From: Methanomicrobiales archaeon
GTDB taxonomy: Archaea; Halobacteriota; Methanomicrobia; Methanomicrobiales; Methanospirillaceae
Reading direction: 5' to 3'
Length of the DNA stretch: 24,000 nucleotides
Assembly: GCA_012516785.1 (NCBI GenBank)
Contig: JAAYWH010000096.1
Coordinates: forward strand, 1 to 24,000
The notes below the pieces were generated by a model. That model did not search any database and had not been told where the DNA came from. It was given only the letters and a program-made list of their open reading frames with translations. This document shows positions 23,710 through 24,000 of the stretch, piece by piece. Position 1 is the stretch's first letter; every line of letters starts with the position of its first letter. The position numbers and the translations under genes are program-made.

Positions 23710-24000
23710 ATGATAAAAAGACTGATAATTGCCCTTGCCGTGATGCTGACAGCACTCCTTATTGCGGGATGCATCACTCCATCACCATCCGGAGAGAATT
23801 CGGTCTCGGTGATATACACCAAGGGCACCGGCCCGATGCCTACCCTTCTTGCAACCGATCAGATCGATGGATACATTGCCTGGCAGCCGTTTGTGGAGGT
23901 TGCACCTCTTGCCGGGATTGGCAAGGTTCTCGTTTACTCTGGCGATCTCCCCCCTGCGGGCAGGTGGAAGAACCATCCCTGCTGTGTCTTTACCGCACGG
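23710..24000 (+). CDS. ABC-transporter substrate-binding lipoprotein, NMT1/TauA/SsuA-like (5' part; 97 codons, runs off the right edge)
   Basis: Own translation: MIKRLIIALAVMLTALLIAGCITPSPSGENSVSVIYTKGTGPMPTLLATDQIDGYIAWQPFVEVAPLAGIGKVLVYSGDLPPAGRWKNHPCCVFTAR.... It has a signal peptide with lipobox LIAGC. IDGYIAWQPFV and HPCC are typical of nitrate/sulfonate/taurine-type binding proteins. It is not in the ORF track because there is no stop in the window. Confidence 0.65.
   Translation, partial: MIKRLIIALAVMLTALLIAGCITPSPSGENSVSVIYTKGTGPMPTLLATDQIDGYIAWQPFVEVAPLAGIGKVLVYSGDLPPAGRWKNHPCCVFTAR

Noticed and set aside
23696-24000. A second frame open to the window end, from ATG 23696 (Cys-rich: MSNIHDKKTDNCPCRDADSTPYCGMHH...)
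   Set aside because: The overlapping frame from ATG 23710 encodes a textbook signal peptide, a lipobox and substrate-binding-protein motifs, and sits at the right distance from the TATA. The Cys-rich frame is taken as fortuitous.

Overview
Archaeal chromosomal segment, probably from a methanogen of the Methanomicrobia. This is inferred from gatD/gatE, UPF0212 and DUF2070 genes, hypD, BRE/TATA-type promoters, several apparently leaderless genes, and abundant PAS/TPR/PKD proteins. Most of the window is tightly packed housekeeping DNA. One long minus-strand block (23518 down to 14056) carries an XRE-type HTH regulator, argH-gatD-gatE and a small RGG-rich protein. After a strong oligo-T terminator come a hypothetical gene, a nitroreductase, UPF0212, a PfkB kinase and a DUF2070 membrane protein, many joined by overlapping stop/start codons. 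Other calls are hypD, an MscS channel, tRNA-Arg(CCG), tRNA-Thr(GGU), a PaaI thioesterase, two TPR proteins, an 898-aa wHTH + multi-PAS sensor with no kinase domain, a DUF457 membrane hydrolase, an AIM24-family protein and the 5' end of a lipoprotein ABC substrate-binding protein. The left ~3.5 kb looks accessory: it holds the N-terminus of a tyrosine integrase running off the window edge, AT-rich spacers and small orphan genes, one with an internally duplicated module. I see no CRISPR array, defence island, transposon or other clear multi-gene novel system. The least explained parts are a 0.93-kb gene-free gap (13127-14055) with an orphan promoter, a candidate structured transcript and a degenerate repeat array; a 0.5-kb stretch after tRNA-Thr with a promoter plus a perfect palindrome; the tandem-repeat mini-protein; and the RGG-box protein in the gatDE operon. 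The supplied ORF track accepts GTG/TTG starts, so several N-termini were re-evaluated by hand.
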